From Clostridiales bacterium Firm_18 (lineage in GTDB: Bacteria > Bacillota > Clostridia > Monoglobales > Firm-18), in NCBI GenBank assembly GCA_001604215.1, contig LVAX01000054.1, positions 11,180-75,179 of the forward strand: a stretch of 64,000 nucleotides of DNA. Direction: 5' to 3'. Position numbers and translations under genes: made by a program. The notes under the pieces are model-generated. The model worked only from the letters and a program-made list of their open reading frames with translations, had not been told where the DNA came from and did not search any database. This document shows, piece by piece, positions 39,192 to 47,847 of the stretch. Position 1 is the first letter of the stretch. Each line of letters begins with the position of its first letter.

Positions 39192-39846
39192 GAAGCAACG
39201 CCTCCTCGGCTATCGCAACGCCCGAACTGGTGCCTATCCTTGAAGCACCTGCCTTTATCATCGCAATTGCTTTTTTATAATCCCTTATACCGCCGGCTGC
39301 CTTAACACCCATTTGGTCACCGACGGTTTTCCTCATAAGTATAATATCTTCCACAGTTGCGCCGCCGGAAGAAAGCCCGGTTGAGGTTTTAACAAAATCC
39401 GCTCCCGCATCCTTGCACGCAATGCAAGCTTTAATCTTTTCTTCTTCCGTCAGCAGGCATGTTTCAAGAATAACCTTTAAAACCGCCCTTCCCGAAATCG
39501 TTTGGACAACCTGATGTATGTCGTTTTTTACATACTCGTAATTATTGTCTTTAATTGCTCCGATATTAATAACCATATCAATTTCGCCCGCACCGGCATT
39601 TATGGCGCTTTCAGCCTCAAAGCACTTAACCTTTGTCAAGGACGCCCCCAAAGGAAAACCCACAACCGTACCGACAACTATGCCGGTGTTTTTAAGTTCC
39701 TCGCAAGCCTGCGCTGCCCTGCATTGATTTACGAATACCGTCTTAAACCGGTACCTTACGGCTTCATCACATAATTTTTTTATCTCACGGGCACTTGCCT
39801 CCTGCTTTAAAAGCGTATAATCAATAAAGCTGCATATATTATCCAT
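39184..39846 (-). CDS. deoC: deoxyribose-phosphate aldolase
   Basis: FVKTSTGL (Schiff-base Lys) and KAAGGIR motifs. 220 aa. Overlaps both udp and cdd. Confidence 0.92.
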   Translation of the reverse strand: MDNICSFIDYTLLKQEASAREIKKLCDEAVRYRFKTVFVNQCRAAQACEELKNTGIVVGTVVGFPLGASLTKVKCFEAESAINAGAGEIDMVINIGAIKDNNYEYVKNDIHQVVQTISGRAVLKVILETCLLTEEEKIKACIACKDAGADFVKTSTGLSSGGATVEDIILMRKTVGDQMGVKAAGGIRDYKKAIAMIKAGASRIGTSSGVAIAEEALLHG

Positions 39847-40249
39847 TATTGGTCTCCTTTTTTAAATTAGAATAAAAACCATGCGGCATAAGCTGTGAAA
39901 GGGTAAATTTTTTAAACTCGCCCTTATTGTTTGCGCAAACGAATTCAAAATCCCCCTTGGCAAATTCACTTATCAGCTGTCTGCAAATTCCGCACGGAAA
40001 GCCGATTTCGTCTCCGGACACCGATATTGCAATTTTTTTAAAATCCCTTTTTCCTTCCGAAACCGCTTTTACCACAGCGCACCTTTCCGCGCATATTGTT
40101 GCGCCGAATGAAATATTCTCAACATTGCAGCCCGTTACGACACTGCCGTCATTGCATAACAAAGCAGCCCCCACACGATATCCGGAATAAGGGGCATACG
40201 CCATTTCTTTTGCTTCGGCCGCCCTTTTCAGCAGTTCCGGGTCCGACAA
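39839..40249 (-). CDS. cdd: cytidine deaminase
   Basis: Zinc motifs CAERCA and PCGICRQ. 136 aa. Confidence 0.92.
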   Translation of the reverse strand: MSDPELLKRAAEAKEMAYAPYSGYRVGAALLCNDGSVVTGCNVENISFGATICAERCAVVKAVSEGKRDFKKIAISVSGDEIGFPCGICRQLISEFAKGDFEFVCANNKGEFKKFTLSQLMPHGFYSNLKKETNNG

Positions 40250-40646
40250 TAAAGCAACCTCCTTATTTGGCTGGCGATACCGCCGCCATCGGCATATTAT
40301 TTCCCTGTCTGAAAAATATATAATCGGAATTTGTTTGATAAAATCATATCATTTTATAAATTGTATGTCAACCAAAAAAGATAGAAACAACTCAAAACTA
40401 AAATATAATCTTATTTCTATTTTGTTTGTAATCATATCAATAGTATCTTGGGTTTTTAATATGGGTTGGTTAAGATTTATATTGTTCTTTTTATCTTACA
40501 GATAGTAGAAATAATCTTACAGATAGCAGAAAGAAAAAAGAAAACAATATGAAAATACAAATATTTCAGAAAAAGAAATCAGAAAGCAGTTTGCTCTATC
40601 ACATGAGGATATTACATTTAGATATTTCCATAAATTATCAAGAAAA

Positions 40647-40678
40647 CAATAAAAAGCAAGTCAAAAAAATGACTTGCT
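40647..40678 (-). terminator. intrinsic terminator after the tRNA-Ser pair
   Basis: AGCAAGTCA (40655-40663) pairs with TGACTTGCT (40670-40678). The minus strand then reads TTTTTATTG. Confidence 0.75.
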
Positions 40679-40684
40679 AAATGA

Positions 40685-40776
40685 TGGCGGAGAAGGAGAG
40701 ATTCGAACTCTCGCGCCGGTTTCCCGACCTACACCCTTAGCAGGGGCGCCTCTTCAACCTACTTGAGTACTTCTCC
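40685..40776 (-). tRNA. tRNA-Ser (anticodon GCU)
   Basis: Manual cloverleaf: acceptor GGAGAAG/CTTCTCC, anticodon loop CT-GCT-AA, long variable arm, T-arm GAGAG-TTCGAAT-CTCTC, G73, encoded CCA. Confidence 0.9.
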
Positions 40777-40781
40777 GTTTT

Positions 40782-40871
40782 TGGAGGAGAGGGGCGGATT
40801 CGAACCCCCGGACGGCGTAAACCGTCACCGGTTTTCAAGACCGGCTCTTTAAACCACTCAGACACCTCTCC
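40782..40871 (-). tRNA. tRNA-Ser (anticodon UGA)
   Basis: Acceptor GGAGAGG/CCTCTCC, anticodon stem CCGGT/ACCGG with loop CT-TGA-AA, long variable arm, encoded CCA. The T-stem (GGGGG/CCGCC) has one G-G mismatch and the discriminator is U, not G. Confidence 0.85.
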
Positions 40872-40890
40872 GACTAAAACGACGAATTAA

Positions 40891-40919
40891 ATTATAGCAA
40901 GGATTTGCGTCTATGTCAA
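40891..40919 (-). promoter_or_regulatory. consensus sigma-A promoter of the tRNA-Ser pair
   Basis: The minus strand reads TTGACA (40919-40914), 17 nt, TATAAT (40896-40891). Confidence 0.75.
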
Positions 40920-40993
40920 GTATTTTTGCAATTATTTTAAAAATCCTTCACTGCAAATAACGGGCGCCAGGGGGGAAATTATTTGTATCAGTT

Positions 40994-41653
40994 TTATAAA
41001 AAAGTAAAATCAATAATGCCTTCTATTGATAACAATTTCGCCGTAATTTTGCTTTTATCGACAGCATCGTTATCAAGCTCAACAATAAGCTTGGTTTTGC
41101 CGTCAGCCTCAGATTGGTTTGTTTTAACGGATACCGTTTCGGCCCCGACATCGTCTAAGTATTTAAAAAGTTCATCGTATGACAGCTCTTCGCTAAACGA
41201 TATGCAAACAGCAATTTCTTTGTTTCTATACTTAATCCATTTTGCAATCGGACGCAGGCCGAGAATGACAAAAATCATTAAAAAAACTACCGTTACCGCA
41301 ATAAGATGATACCCCATCCCGACAACAAGGCCGACACAGGCTGTCGTCCAAAGGCCTGCCGCGGTTGTAAGGCCTTTTATCTTGTCGCCTGTTATTATAA
41401 TGGAACCCATTCCTAAAAATCCGATACCGCTGATTACCTGCGCACCTAAGCGGGATATGTCACCCATGCCGAATTCCCTGTGGATATATCTGCTAAGCAC
41501 CATTACTGTTGCCGACCCAAGGCACACCAAAATATGAGTCCTAAGACCGGCATCATGATTTTTTCCGGCGCGCTCAAAGCCTATGACCCCGCCGAGCAAT
41601 ACTGCCAACAGCAAGCTAAACAACGATGAAAAATAATATTGATCAATCATCAT
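40994..41653 (-). CDS. mgtC: MgtC/SapB-family membrane protein
   Basis: GLRTHILVCLGSA motif. Start moved to ATG 41653, which has GGAGGT 9 nt upstream and lies just after the prmC stop. Confidence 0.85.
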   Translation of the reverse strand: MMIDQYYFSSLFSLLLAVLLGGVIGFERAGKNHDAGLRTHILVCLGSATVMVLSRYIHREFGMGDISRLGAQVISGIGFLGMGSIIITGDKIKGLTTAAGLWTTACVGLVVGMGYHLIAVTVVFLMIFVILGLRPIAKWIKYRNKEIAVCISFSEELSYDELFKYLDDVGAETVSVKTNQSEADGKTKLIVELDNDAVDKSKITAKLLSIEGIIDFTFL

Positions 41654-41654
41654 T

Positions 41655-42476
41655 TTACCTATACCTCCCAATTACGACCCTTTCAATTAAAGAATAATCT
41701 TTTATTATTTCAACTTTCTTATAACCACAGCCGGTTAATATATTTGCAACATCATTGCTTTGCCCTGCGCCCACCTCAAAGGCAAGGATATCCCGTGTTT
41801 TTGCATGTTTTGCTATAACCCTGTAAAAAAAAAGCCCATCCGCACCGCCGCATAGTGCGCTTTCCGGCTCGTACCTGCCCACATCCTTCATAAGTGCCGG
41901 CAAATCATTTTTTTTAATATAAGGCGGGTTTGATACAATTATATCATATTCCTTATCGGGAAATGACGTGAAAACATCACACAAAAAGAAATTTATCCTG
42001 CCGATGTCATGCTTTTTGGCGTTTTGCCGTGCAACGGCAAGAGCCTCTGGCGATATATCAACCGCATCCGCCATAAGGTTTTTACAATAGTAACAACAAC
42101 TGACGGCAATGCAGCCGCTTCCGGTACCGATATCAAGCATATCCAGCCGTCTGTTCCCGACATATTTTATAATTGCCTCAACCAAAAGCTCCGTTTCGGG
42201 GCGAGGTATTAAAACATCCGCAGTTATGTCAAACTCCAGGGACATAAATTCCTTATTCCCGGTAATATAAGCAACCGGCTCGTGATTTGCCCGCCTTTCA
42301 ACCATTTCAAAAAAACCGTCCGTATCGCCGACTTCCGCATCCTTATGTGTAATTAAATATGATTTGTCCACTCCCAAATATTTGCCGAGTAATACACAGG
42401 TATCCAACCTGTAGCTTTGGATACCCGATTTTTTTAAAATTTCGTTTGATTTTTCAATCAGCTTACCGATTACCAT
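41655..42476 (-). CDS. prmC: release factor glutamine N5-methyltransferase
   Basis: SAM motif DIGTGSGCIA and catalytic NPPY (IVSNPPYI). Confidence 0.9.
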   Translation of the reverse strand: MVIGKLIEKSNEILKKSGIQSYRLDTCVLLGKYLGVDKSYLITHKDAEVGDTDGFFEMVERRANHEPVAYITGNKEFMSLEFDITADVLIPRPETELLVEAIIKYVGNRRLDMLDIGTGSGCIAVSCCYYCKNLMADAVDISPEALAVARQNAKKHDIGRINFFLCDVFTSFPDKEYDIIVSNPPYIKKNDLPALMKDVGRYEPESALCGGADGLFFYRVIAKHAKTRDILAFEVGAGQSNDVANILTGCGYKKVEIIKDYSLIERVVIGRYR

Positions 42477-43414
42477 GCTGCCCTTTCCTTTTGTTCCGGC
42501 TTAACCGCGTTTAAAGATTTGATTGCAACTTCAATCTGGCTGTCATCCGGTTCTCTTGTGGTAATATACTGAAATGCCATACCAGGAGCGCTTACTATTC
42601 GTGTAAGTAAGTTTGAATATCTTCCGGTAAGCTTTATAATTTCGTATGCAACGCCGGCAACAAGAGGCAATAAAACAAGCTTATAAAGCGAGCGCATATG
42701 CCAGGCAAGGTCTCCGCCGTTCGGGACAAGCAAAAACAATAAAACGCTGATTACCAATACTATAAACAAAAAGCTTGTGCCGCAGCGCGGGTGAAGCCGG
42801 GAATATTTTCTTGCGTTTTCAATTGTAAGCTCATCTCCCGATTCATAGCAATGGATTACTTTATGCTCTGCACCATGATATTCAAATACACGCTTTATAT
42901 CTTTCAGCTGTGAAACGGCAACAAGGTAGCCGAAAAAAATTAAAAGCTTGATAATGCCCTCAACGAATGTTTTTATGCTGTTGCTTTGTATCCCAAAAAA
43001 GTTGGTAATAAAAGTCGGTATTAAAATAAACAGTCCTATGCTTAAAGCCAATGACAGCAGAATTGAAAAAGCAATTACAATAGGCTTTAGCTTTTCGCCG
43101 AATGTTTTTTCAAGCCACATATCAAACTTTGAGGGATTTTCGTCCGTATCATCTTCCATGTCAAAAAATTCCGCCGAAAACATTAACGCCTTCGTACCGA
43201 TTATCATGCTTTCAAAAAAAGCAACACAGCCCCGAATCAATGGCAGCTTAAATAATTTTACCTTTTTAAACAATGATTTATTTGTGTTTACGTCGGTTAT
43301 TATTTCACCGTCAGGCTTTCTTACCGAAACTGCGGTAACCTCCGGGCCCCTCATCATAACACCCTCTATAACCGCCTGGCCGCCTATACTTGTGCAATAC
43401 TTTTTATCTTTCAT
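42470..43414 (-). CDS. DUF1385-family membrane protein (YqhQ-like)
   Basis: IGGQAVIEGVMMRGP and FEYHGAEHKVIHCYE motifs. Its position upstream of prmC is conserved. Confidence 0.85.
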   Translation of the reverse strand: MKDKKYCTSIGGQAVIEGVMMRGPEVTAVSVRKPDGEIITDVNTNKSLFKKVKLFKLPLIRGCVAFFESMIIGTKALMFSAEFFDMEDDTDENPSKFDMWLEKTFGEKLKPIVIAFSILLSLALSIGLFILIPTFITNFFGIQSNSIKTFVEGIIKLLIFFGYLVAVSQLKDIKRVFEYHGAEHKVIHCYESGDELTIENARKYSRLHPRCGTSFLFIVLVISVLLFLLVPNGGDLAWHMRSLYKLVLLPLVAGVAYEIIKLTGRYSNLLTRIVSAPGMAFQYITTREPDDSQIEVAIKSLNAVKPEQKERAAW

Positions 43415-43474
43415 AAAATTTCACCCGACCTTTATTAAATTATATCAGACAGTATTTAATTATTCAACCATAAA

Positions 43475-44806
43475 TTATTTGCCAACGCAAAAGTTAGAAA
43501 ATATATTATCGATTATTTCATCGCTTACCGTCATGCCGTCTATTTCACCAAGCGCCGCAATGCAAAGCTCCAAATCACCCAGAACAATATCGGGGGGCTG
43601 GTTTTGGCTTATGGCTTCAAATGCGCTGCTTATGCAGCTCTGTGCATAAACAAGGGAGTTTTTATGCCTTTCGTTGGTTATCATTACCTCCGAAGTAAGC
43701 TCACCTTTGGAAAACCTTTCCGAAATCAAAGAAAACAGTTCATCAAGTCCTTTGCCCGTCAGGGCGGATACATAAACGACATCTTTGAAACCGGGCGGGA
43801 TAATTTTTACCGGAAGGTCCGATTTGTTAACAAGGCAAATTGTTTCTTTATCCTCAACAAGCCTTATTATTTCTTTATCCGTCTCATTCAGCTCACGGGA
43901 AGCATCAAGGACAAGCAAGACAATATCCGCGCTTTTTATTGAATCGATTGAACGCCGTATACCGTGCTTTTCTATAATATCATCACTCTCACGTATACCA
44001 GCGGTGTCAAGTAAATTAACCTTACATCCCCTTATATTCACCTGGACATCCAATACATCCCTTGTTGTGCCTTCAATGTCCGTTACTATTGCCCTGTCCT
44101 GCCCGCATATCGCATTTAAAAGACTTGATTTCCCTACATTCGGCGAGCCTACTATTGCTGCATTTAAACCATCCATGATAATCCTTCCGTCATCTGCCGT
44201 CAGCAGCAAACCGGATATTTCACCCGCTACGCCGTTTACCATATCTTTCAGTTCGCTGCCAGGGATAGGCTCAATTTCCTCCGGGAAATCAATAGTCGCA
44301 AGAAGATGTGCAGTTATATCTACCGTTTTTGACCTTATTTCGGATATTTTCTTGGACAGTGAGCCGCTGAGCTGATTTGCGGCAACTTTTACCGCATTTT
44401 CCGTTTTTGCGTTTATTATATCACCGACCGCCTCGGCTTGAGCCAAATCAATACGCCCGTTTAGAAAAGCACGTCGGGTAAATTCACCCGGCGCAGCAAT
44501 AGCCGCGCCGTTTAATATAACGGCCTCCAGCACCATTTTGCATACAACCATTCCGCCATGACAGTAAAACTCGACAACGTCCTCCCCGGTATAGCTTTTT
44601 GGTGCCTTGAAATAACATGCCAACGCATTATCTATAATTTTATTGTTTTTGATTACATTCCCCAAAACCATGGCGTGGCTTTTACCAAGCAGCTTTGAAA
44701 AAACCTTATTTGCAATTTCCAAAGAGTTTGGGCCGCTTATTCTTATTATCCCGATACCTCCGGTGCCATGCGGGGTAGCTATTGCCGCAACAGTGCTTCT
44801 GCTCAT
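43475..44806 (-). CDS. mnmE: tRNA uridine-5-carboxymethylaminomethyl modification GTPase
   Basis: G-domain GSPNVGKSSLLN, DTAGIRE, and the C-terminal CVGK motif. Confidence 0.93.
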   Translation of the reverse strand: MSRSTVAAIATPHGTGGIGIIRISGPNSLEIANKVFSKLLGKSHAMVLGNVIKNNKIIDNALACYFKAPKSYTGEDVVEFYCHGGMVVCKMVLEAVILNGAAIAAPGEFTRRAFLNGRIDLAQAEAVGDIINAKTENAVKVAANQLSGSLSKKISEIRSKTVDITAHLLATIDFPEEIEPIPGSELKDMVNGVAGEISGLLLTADDGRIIMDGLNAAIVGSPNVGKSSLLNAICGQDRAIVTDIEGTTRDVLDVQVNIRGCKVNLLDTAGIRESDDIIEKHGIRRSIDSIKSADIVLLVLDASRELNETDKEIIRLVEDKETICLVNKSDLPVKIIPPGFKDVVYVSALTGKGLDELFSLISERFSKGELTSEVMITNERHKNSLVYAQSCISSAFEAISQNQPPDIVLGDLELCIAALGEIDGMTVSDEIIDNIFSNFCVGK

Positions 44807-44864
44807 ATTTTCAGCCCTTACTGAATTAATTTTCTTATGTAATTATATTATTCCGTTAAAAAGT

Positions 44865-44919
44865 CAAAAAAGAGGGAACTGCTGCATTTTTAATGCCGAC
44901 AGCAACCCTCTTGTTTTTT
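44865..44919 (-). terminator. long hairpin terminator between jag and mnmE (bidirectional shape)
   Basis: AGAGGG (44871-44876) pairs with CCCTCT (44906-44911), with an inner GCAT/ATGC stem. An A-run lies on one side and a T-run on the other. Confidence 0.55.
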
Positions 44920-44930
44920 GAAACCTTTTA

Positions 44931-45560
44931 TTATTTAGGACTAATTATTACTTTACGGTTTGGGTCTTCCCCCACACTGCGCGTTACTACATTACTGTGG
45001 TTTTGCAGCGCAAAATGAATAATTCTTCTTTCATAAGGATTCATCGGCTCTAATATCATTTCCCTATTGTTTTTAACAGCTTTAGATGCCATTTTGTTTG
45101 CCAAGCGGATAAGTGTTTCCTCTCTTTTGGCGCGGTAGTTTTCAGAATCAATTATTACTCTTTTATAATCATCACCGTGCTTGCCTTTATTAACAAAAAG
45201 GCAAGTAAGATATTGCACCGCATCAAGCGTTTCGCCCCTTCGGCCTATAATGCCGCCGACTCCCGGACCGGATACGGTAATTTTAATCCCGTTTTCATCC
45301 TCGCTGACATCAGTAACGCATACTAAGTTCATCTTATCAATAATCTCATCAACAAACCTTTTGGCAGTCTGGGCAGCATCGCTTTCTTTATCCTTTAAAG
45401 TAACAACAACTGTTGCATCCTTGCTGCCTAATCCAAAAATGCCTTTTGTGCCCTCTTCGACTACATCAACGGTGACATCATCTATTGATGCTTCAAGACG
45501 GTCAAGAGCTATTTTAACAGCCTCATCAACCGTTTTTGCGCTTATCTTTATTTCGTTCAT
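44931..45560 (-). CDS. jag: RNA-binding protein Jag/KhpB (KH + R3H domains)
   Basis: KH-like GPGVGGIIGRRGETLDAVQYL and R3H-like LEPMNPYERRIIHFAL. Conserved position after yidC. Confidence 0.9.
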   Translation of the reverse strand: MNEIKISAKTVDEAVKIALDRLEASIDDVTVDVVEEGTKGIFGLGSKDATVVVTLKDKESDAAQTAKRFVDEIIDKMNLVCVTDVSEDENGIKITVSGPGVGGIIGRRGETLDAVQYLTCLFVNKGKHGDDYKRVIIDSENYRAKREETLIRLANKMASKAVKNNREMILEPMNPYERRIIHFALQNHSNVVTRSVGEDPNRKVIISPK

Positions 45561-46465
45561 TTCTTTTTTCCGCCTCCTCCCTTATTCACTTTTATTTCGG
45601 CTTTCTTTGTTATAAGCGGATTGTCATCTTCGTTAGGCTTGAAATACTTATTAAGTACAATTTGCTGAAGTATTTGTATTATATTTCCTAAAATCCAATA
45701 TAACCCAACACCTGCAGGCATTGAAAATGCAAACCAGGCAGTCATAAGAGGAAACAGGGCGTTCATTGTTTTCATAGTTGAAGCGGCGCCCTCGTCGCCT
45801 GCTTGCTGACCACCGGCAGATGTAGAAACCTTTGTTGAAAGAAATGTCGTAACTGCTGCCAATATCGGTATTATCCACAGTACCGTAATGAAGTTTATGC
45901 TTGGAGACTTTCCAAGGTCAAGCCCTAAAAAGTTAAAGTTTATAAAGTTCACACTGCTGAGGCCGACGGATTCCAAAACGTCACCGGGTAAGGATTTTAA
46001 GTTCTGGGCAATCGAAATCTGAAACTGTCCCATGCCTTTAATTGCCTCGTGACCTTGAGAAATCAATACTTCATTAACCTTTTCGGTTAAAAAAGAAATC
46101 TGGTCGTCGGCCAGGCCGAACATATAAGTAAGCGGCTTAATTATTGCCTGATAAAGACCGATAATTATCGGAAATTGAATAAGAAGAGGCAAACAGCCGC
46201 CGGCGGGGTTTACACCGTGTTTCTGGTACAGCTTCATGGTTTCATCGTTTAGTTTTTGCTTGTCGTTTTTATATTTTTCCCTGATTATTGCAAGCTCGGG
46301 CTGAATTTTCTGTGTTTCCCGCATCGACTTTTGTTGTTTAATTGAAAGAGGCAGTAATATCAATCTTACGATAATCGTAAAAAGTATTAAAGCTACCCCG
46401 TAATTTCCTGTGAAATTATTTAAAAAATTAAGCAACAACCCGAACGGCCTTGATATAATGCCCAT
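45557..46465 (-). CDS. yidC: membrane protein insertase YidC
   Basis: YidC/Oxa1 core (PAGGCLPLLIQFPIIIGLYQAI). Basic C-terminal tail KGGGGKKK. Confidence 0.92.
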   Translation of the reverse strand: MGIISRPFGLLLNFLNNFTGNYGVALILFTIIVRLILLPLSIKQQKSMRETQKIQPELAIIREKYKNDKQKLNDETMKLYQKHGVNPAGGCLPLLIQFPIIIGLYQAIIKPLTYMFGLADDQISFLTEKVNEVLISQGHEAIKGMGQFQISIAQNLKSLPGDVLESVGLSSVNFINFNFLGLDLGKSPSINFITVLWIIPILAAVTTFLSTKVSTSAGGQQAGDEGAASTMKTMNALFPLMTAWFAFSMPAGVGLYWILGNIIQILQQIVLNKYFKPNEDDNPLITKKAEIKVNKGGGGKKK

Positions 46466-46494
46466 TTACAAACTCCCTTCAACTATACCGTTCT

Positions 46495-46704
46495 TTAAGG
46501 CACAGGGTCCCAGCCGCCCTTACTCCATGGATTACATCTTATCAGCCTCCGTATGGCAAAATATAATCCGATAGCGGCACCATACTTATTAATCGCCTGC
46601 GCCGCATATTCGGAACAAGTCGGAACAAAACGGCAGCTCGGACGCTTCAGCGGGGAAATATAACGCCTGTATAATTTAATTATTGCTAAAAGTATATATT
46701 TCAT
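46495..46704 (-). CDS. yidD: membrane protein insertion efficiency factor YidD
   Basis: 69 aa. CRFVPTCSEYAAQAI motif. Confidence 0.9.
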   Translation of the reverse strand: MKYILLAIIKLYRRYISPLKRPSCRFVPTCSEYAAQAINKYGAAIGLYFAIRRLIRCNPWSKGGWDPVP

Positions 46705-46716
46705 AATAAAAAATAA

Positions 46717-47052
46717 TTATTCAAGCAACCCGGCTTTTTTAAGCATACCGCCGATAACTCTATGGTACCGTGCAAATTCGGCTTCCAATGCGCTTGATTT
46801 GGCTACTATAACAATATCAAACCCTGTTTTTAAAGAAGGCTCGTACATTCTGAACGCCTCGTATATTCGCCGGCGTACTTTGTTTCGCTTTACCGCTTTG
46901 CCGATTTTTTTGCTTACCGTTATTCCGAATCTGTTATATTTCAGACCGTTTTTCATGTAATGAACAATCAAAATTGAACTGTGCTGTGTTCTGCCGCGGT
47001 AATAAAGCTTTTTAAAAAGAGTATTTTGATTAAGCGAAACTGTATTTTTCAC
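46717..47052 (-). CDS. rnpA: ribonuclease P protein component
   Basis: 111-aa basic protein with an RNR-like KAVKRNKVRRRIYEAFR motif. Lies downstream of rpmH. Confidence 0.92.
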   Translation of the reverse strand: MKNTVSLNQNTLFKKLYYRGRTQHSSILIVHYMKNGLKYNRFGITVSKKIGKAVKRNKVRRRIYEAFRMYEPSLKTGFDIVIVAKSSALEAEFARYHRVIGGMLKKAGLLE

Positions 47053-47061
47053 TATTGCCTG

Positions 47062-47196
47062 CTATGCGGTCAAACGCTTGCGTCCCTTTGCACGACGACG
47101 GGCAAGAACCTTTCTTCCGTTGGAAGTTGACATTCTTTTCCTGAAGCCATGCTCTTTTTTTCTTTGTCTTTTTTTAGGTTGATAAGTTCTAAGCAT
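47062..47196 (-). CDS. rpmH: 50S ribosomal protein L34
   Basis: Too short for the ORF track. My translation is [44 protein letters not shown] (44 aa), preceded by GGAGGA. Confidence 0.95.
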   Translation of the reverse strand: MLRTYQPKKRQRKKEHGFRKRMSTSNGRKVLARRRAKGRKRLTA

Positions 47197-47258
47197 TGTT
47201 TTTATCCTCCTGTATCTTGCTTATTTATATTATTATACTGCGATTTGACAGTGAAAAT

Positions 47259-47287
47259 ATTATACATTATATTAATATTTTTGTCAA
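47259..47287 (-). promoter_or_regulatory. consensus sigma-A promoter of rpmH-rnpA
   Basis: The minus strand reads TTGACA (47287-47282), 17 nt, TATAAT (47264-47259). Confidence 0.75.
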
Positions 47288-47336
47288 CAAATTTTACTGA
47301 GTTCCCACTAAACATATAAAAAATTAAAATTAACTA

Positions 47337-47364
47337 TTGACAAACCGTAAATATTGTATATAAT
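47337..47364 (+). promoter_or_regulatory. sigma-A promoter of the GntR-ABC operon with an overlapping AT palindrome
   Basis: TTGACA (47337-47342), 16 nt, TATAAT (47359-47364). GTATATA-atata-TATATAC spans the -10 and could be an autoregulatory operator. Confidence 0.55.
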
Positions 47365-47469
47365 ATATATATACAGCATGAACACTTTAATGCAATTTTC
47401 AATTAAATCTCAAGAGGAAATTCAGACAGGTTTTGTGCCGGCGCATAGCAGCGGGAACGGAGAACAATT

Positions 47470-47847
47470 ATGAATATTATAATTTCAAATTCAAAGGAAG
47501 AGCCGATTTACAGCCAAATAATACGCCAGCTGAAAAACTCGATAATTCAAGGCGAATTAAAGGAAAATCAAATGCTTCCATCCATAAGAAAGCTTGCAAA
47601 AGAACTTCAAATCAGTGTAATTACAACAAAAAGAGCATACGAGGAACTGGAACGGGACGGTTATATAATATCGATACCCGGCAAGGGCTCATTTGTTGCA
47701 GCCCAAAACAAGGAACTGCTTATGGAGGCCCGAATAAAAGTTGTGGAGGAAAAGCTTTGGGACGCGGTGCAGGCTGCTAAATCCATAAATCTTTCGCTTG
47801 AAGAGCTAAGTCAAATGTTAAAAATTTTTTATGAGGAGACTTTATGA
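47470..47847 (+). CDS. GntR-family (YtrA-subfamily) transcriptional regulator
   Basis: 125 aa. Winged HTH (LPSIRKLAKELQISVITTKRAYEELERDGYI). Its short effector domain is typical of the YtrA type. Confidence 0.88.
   Translation: MNIIISNSKEEPIYSQIIRQLKNSIIQGELKENQMLPSIRKLAKELQISVITTKRAYEELERDGYIISIPGKGSFVAAQNKELLMEARIKVVEEKLWDAVQAAKSINLSLEELSQMLKIFYEETL

Noticed and set aside
40493-40526. Possible CRISPR or other repeat array.
   Set aside because: There are only two copies of a 13-mer with an 8-nt spacer and no cas genes. This is not a CRISPR array. No other array-like periodicity was seen in the window.
40549-40680. 43-aa ORF (MKIQIFQKKKSESSLLYHMRILHLDISINYQENNKKQVKKMTC).
   Set aside because: It has no convincing RBS and a Lys-rich low-complexity composition. 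It also runs through the tRNA terminator hairpin. This is probably chance in AT-rich DNA.
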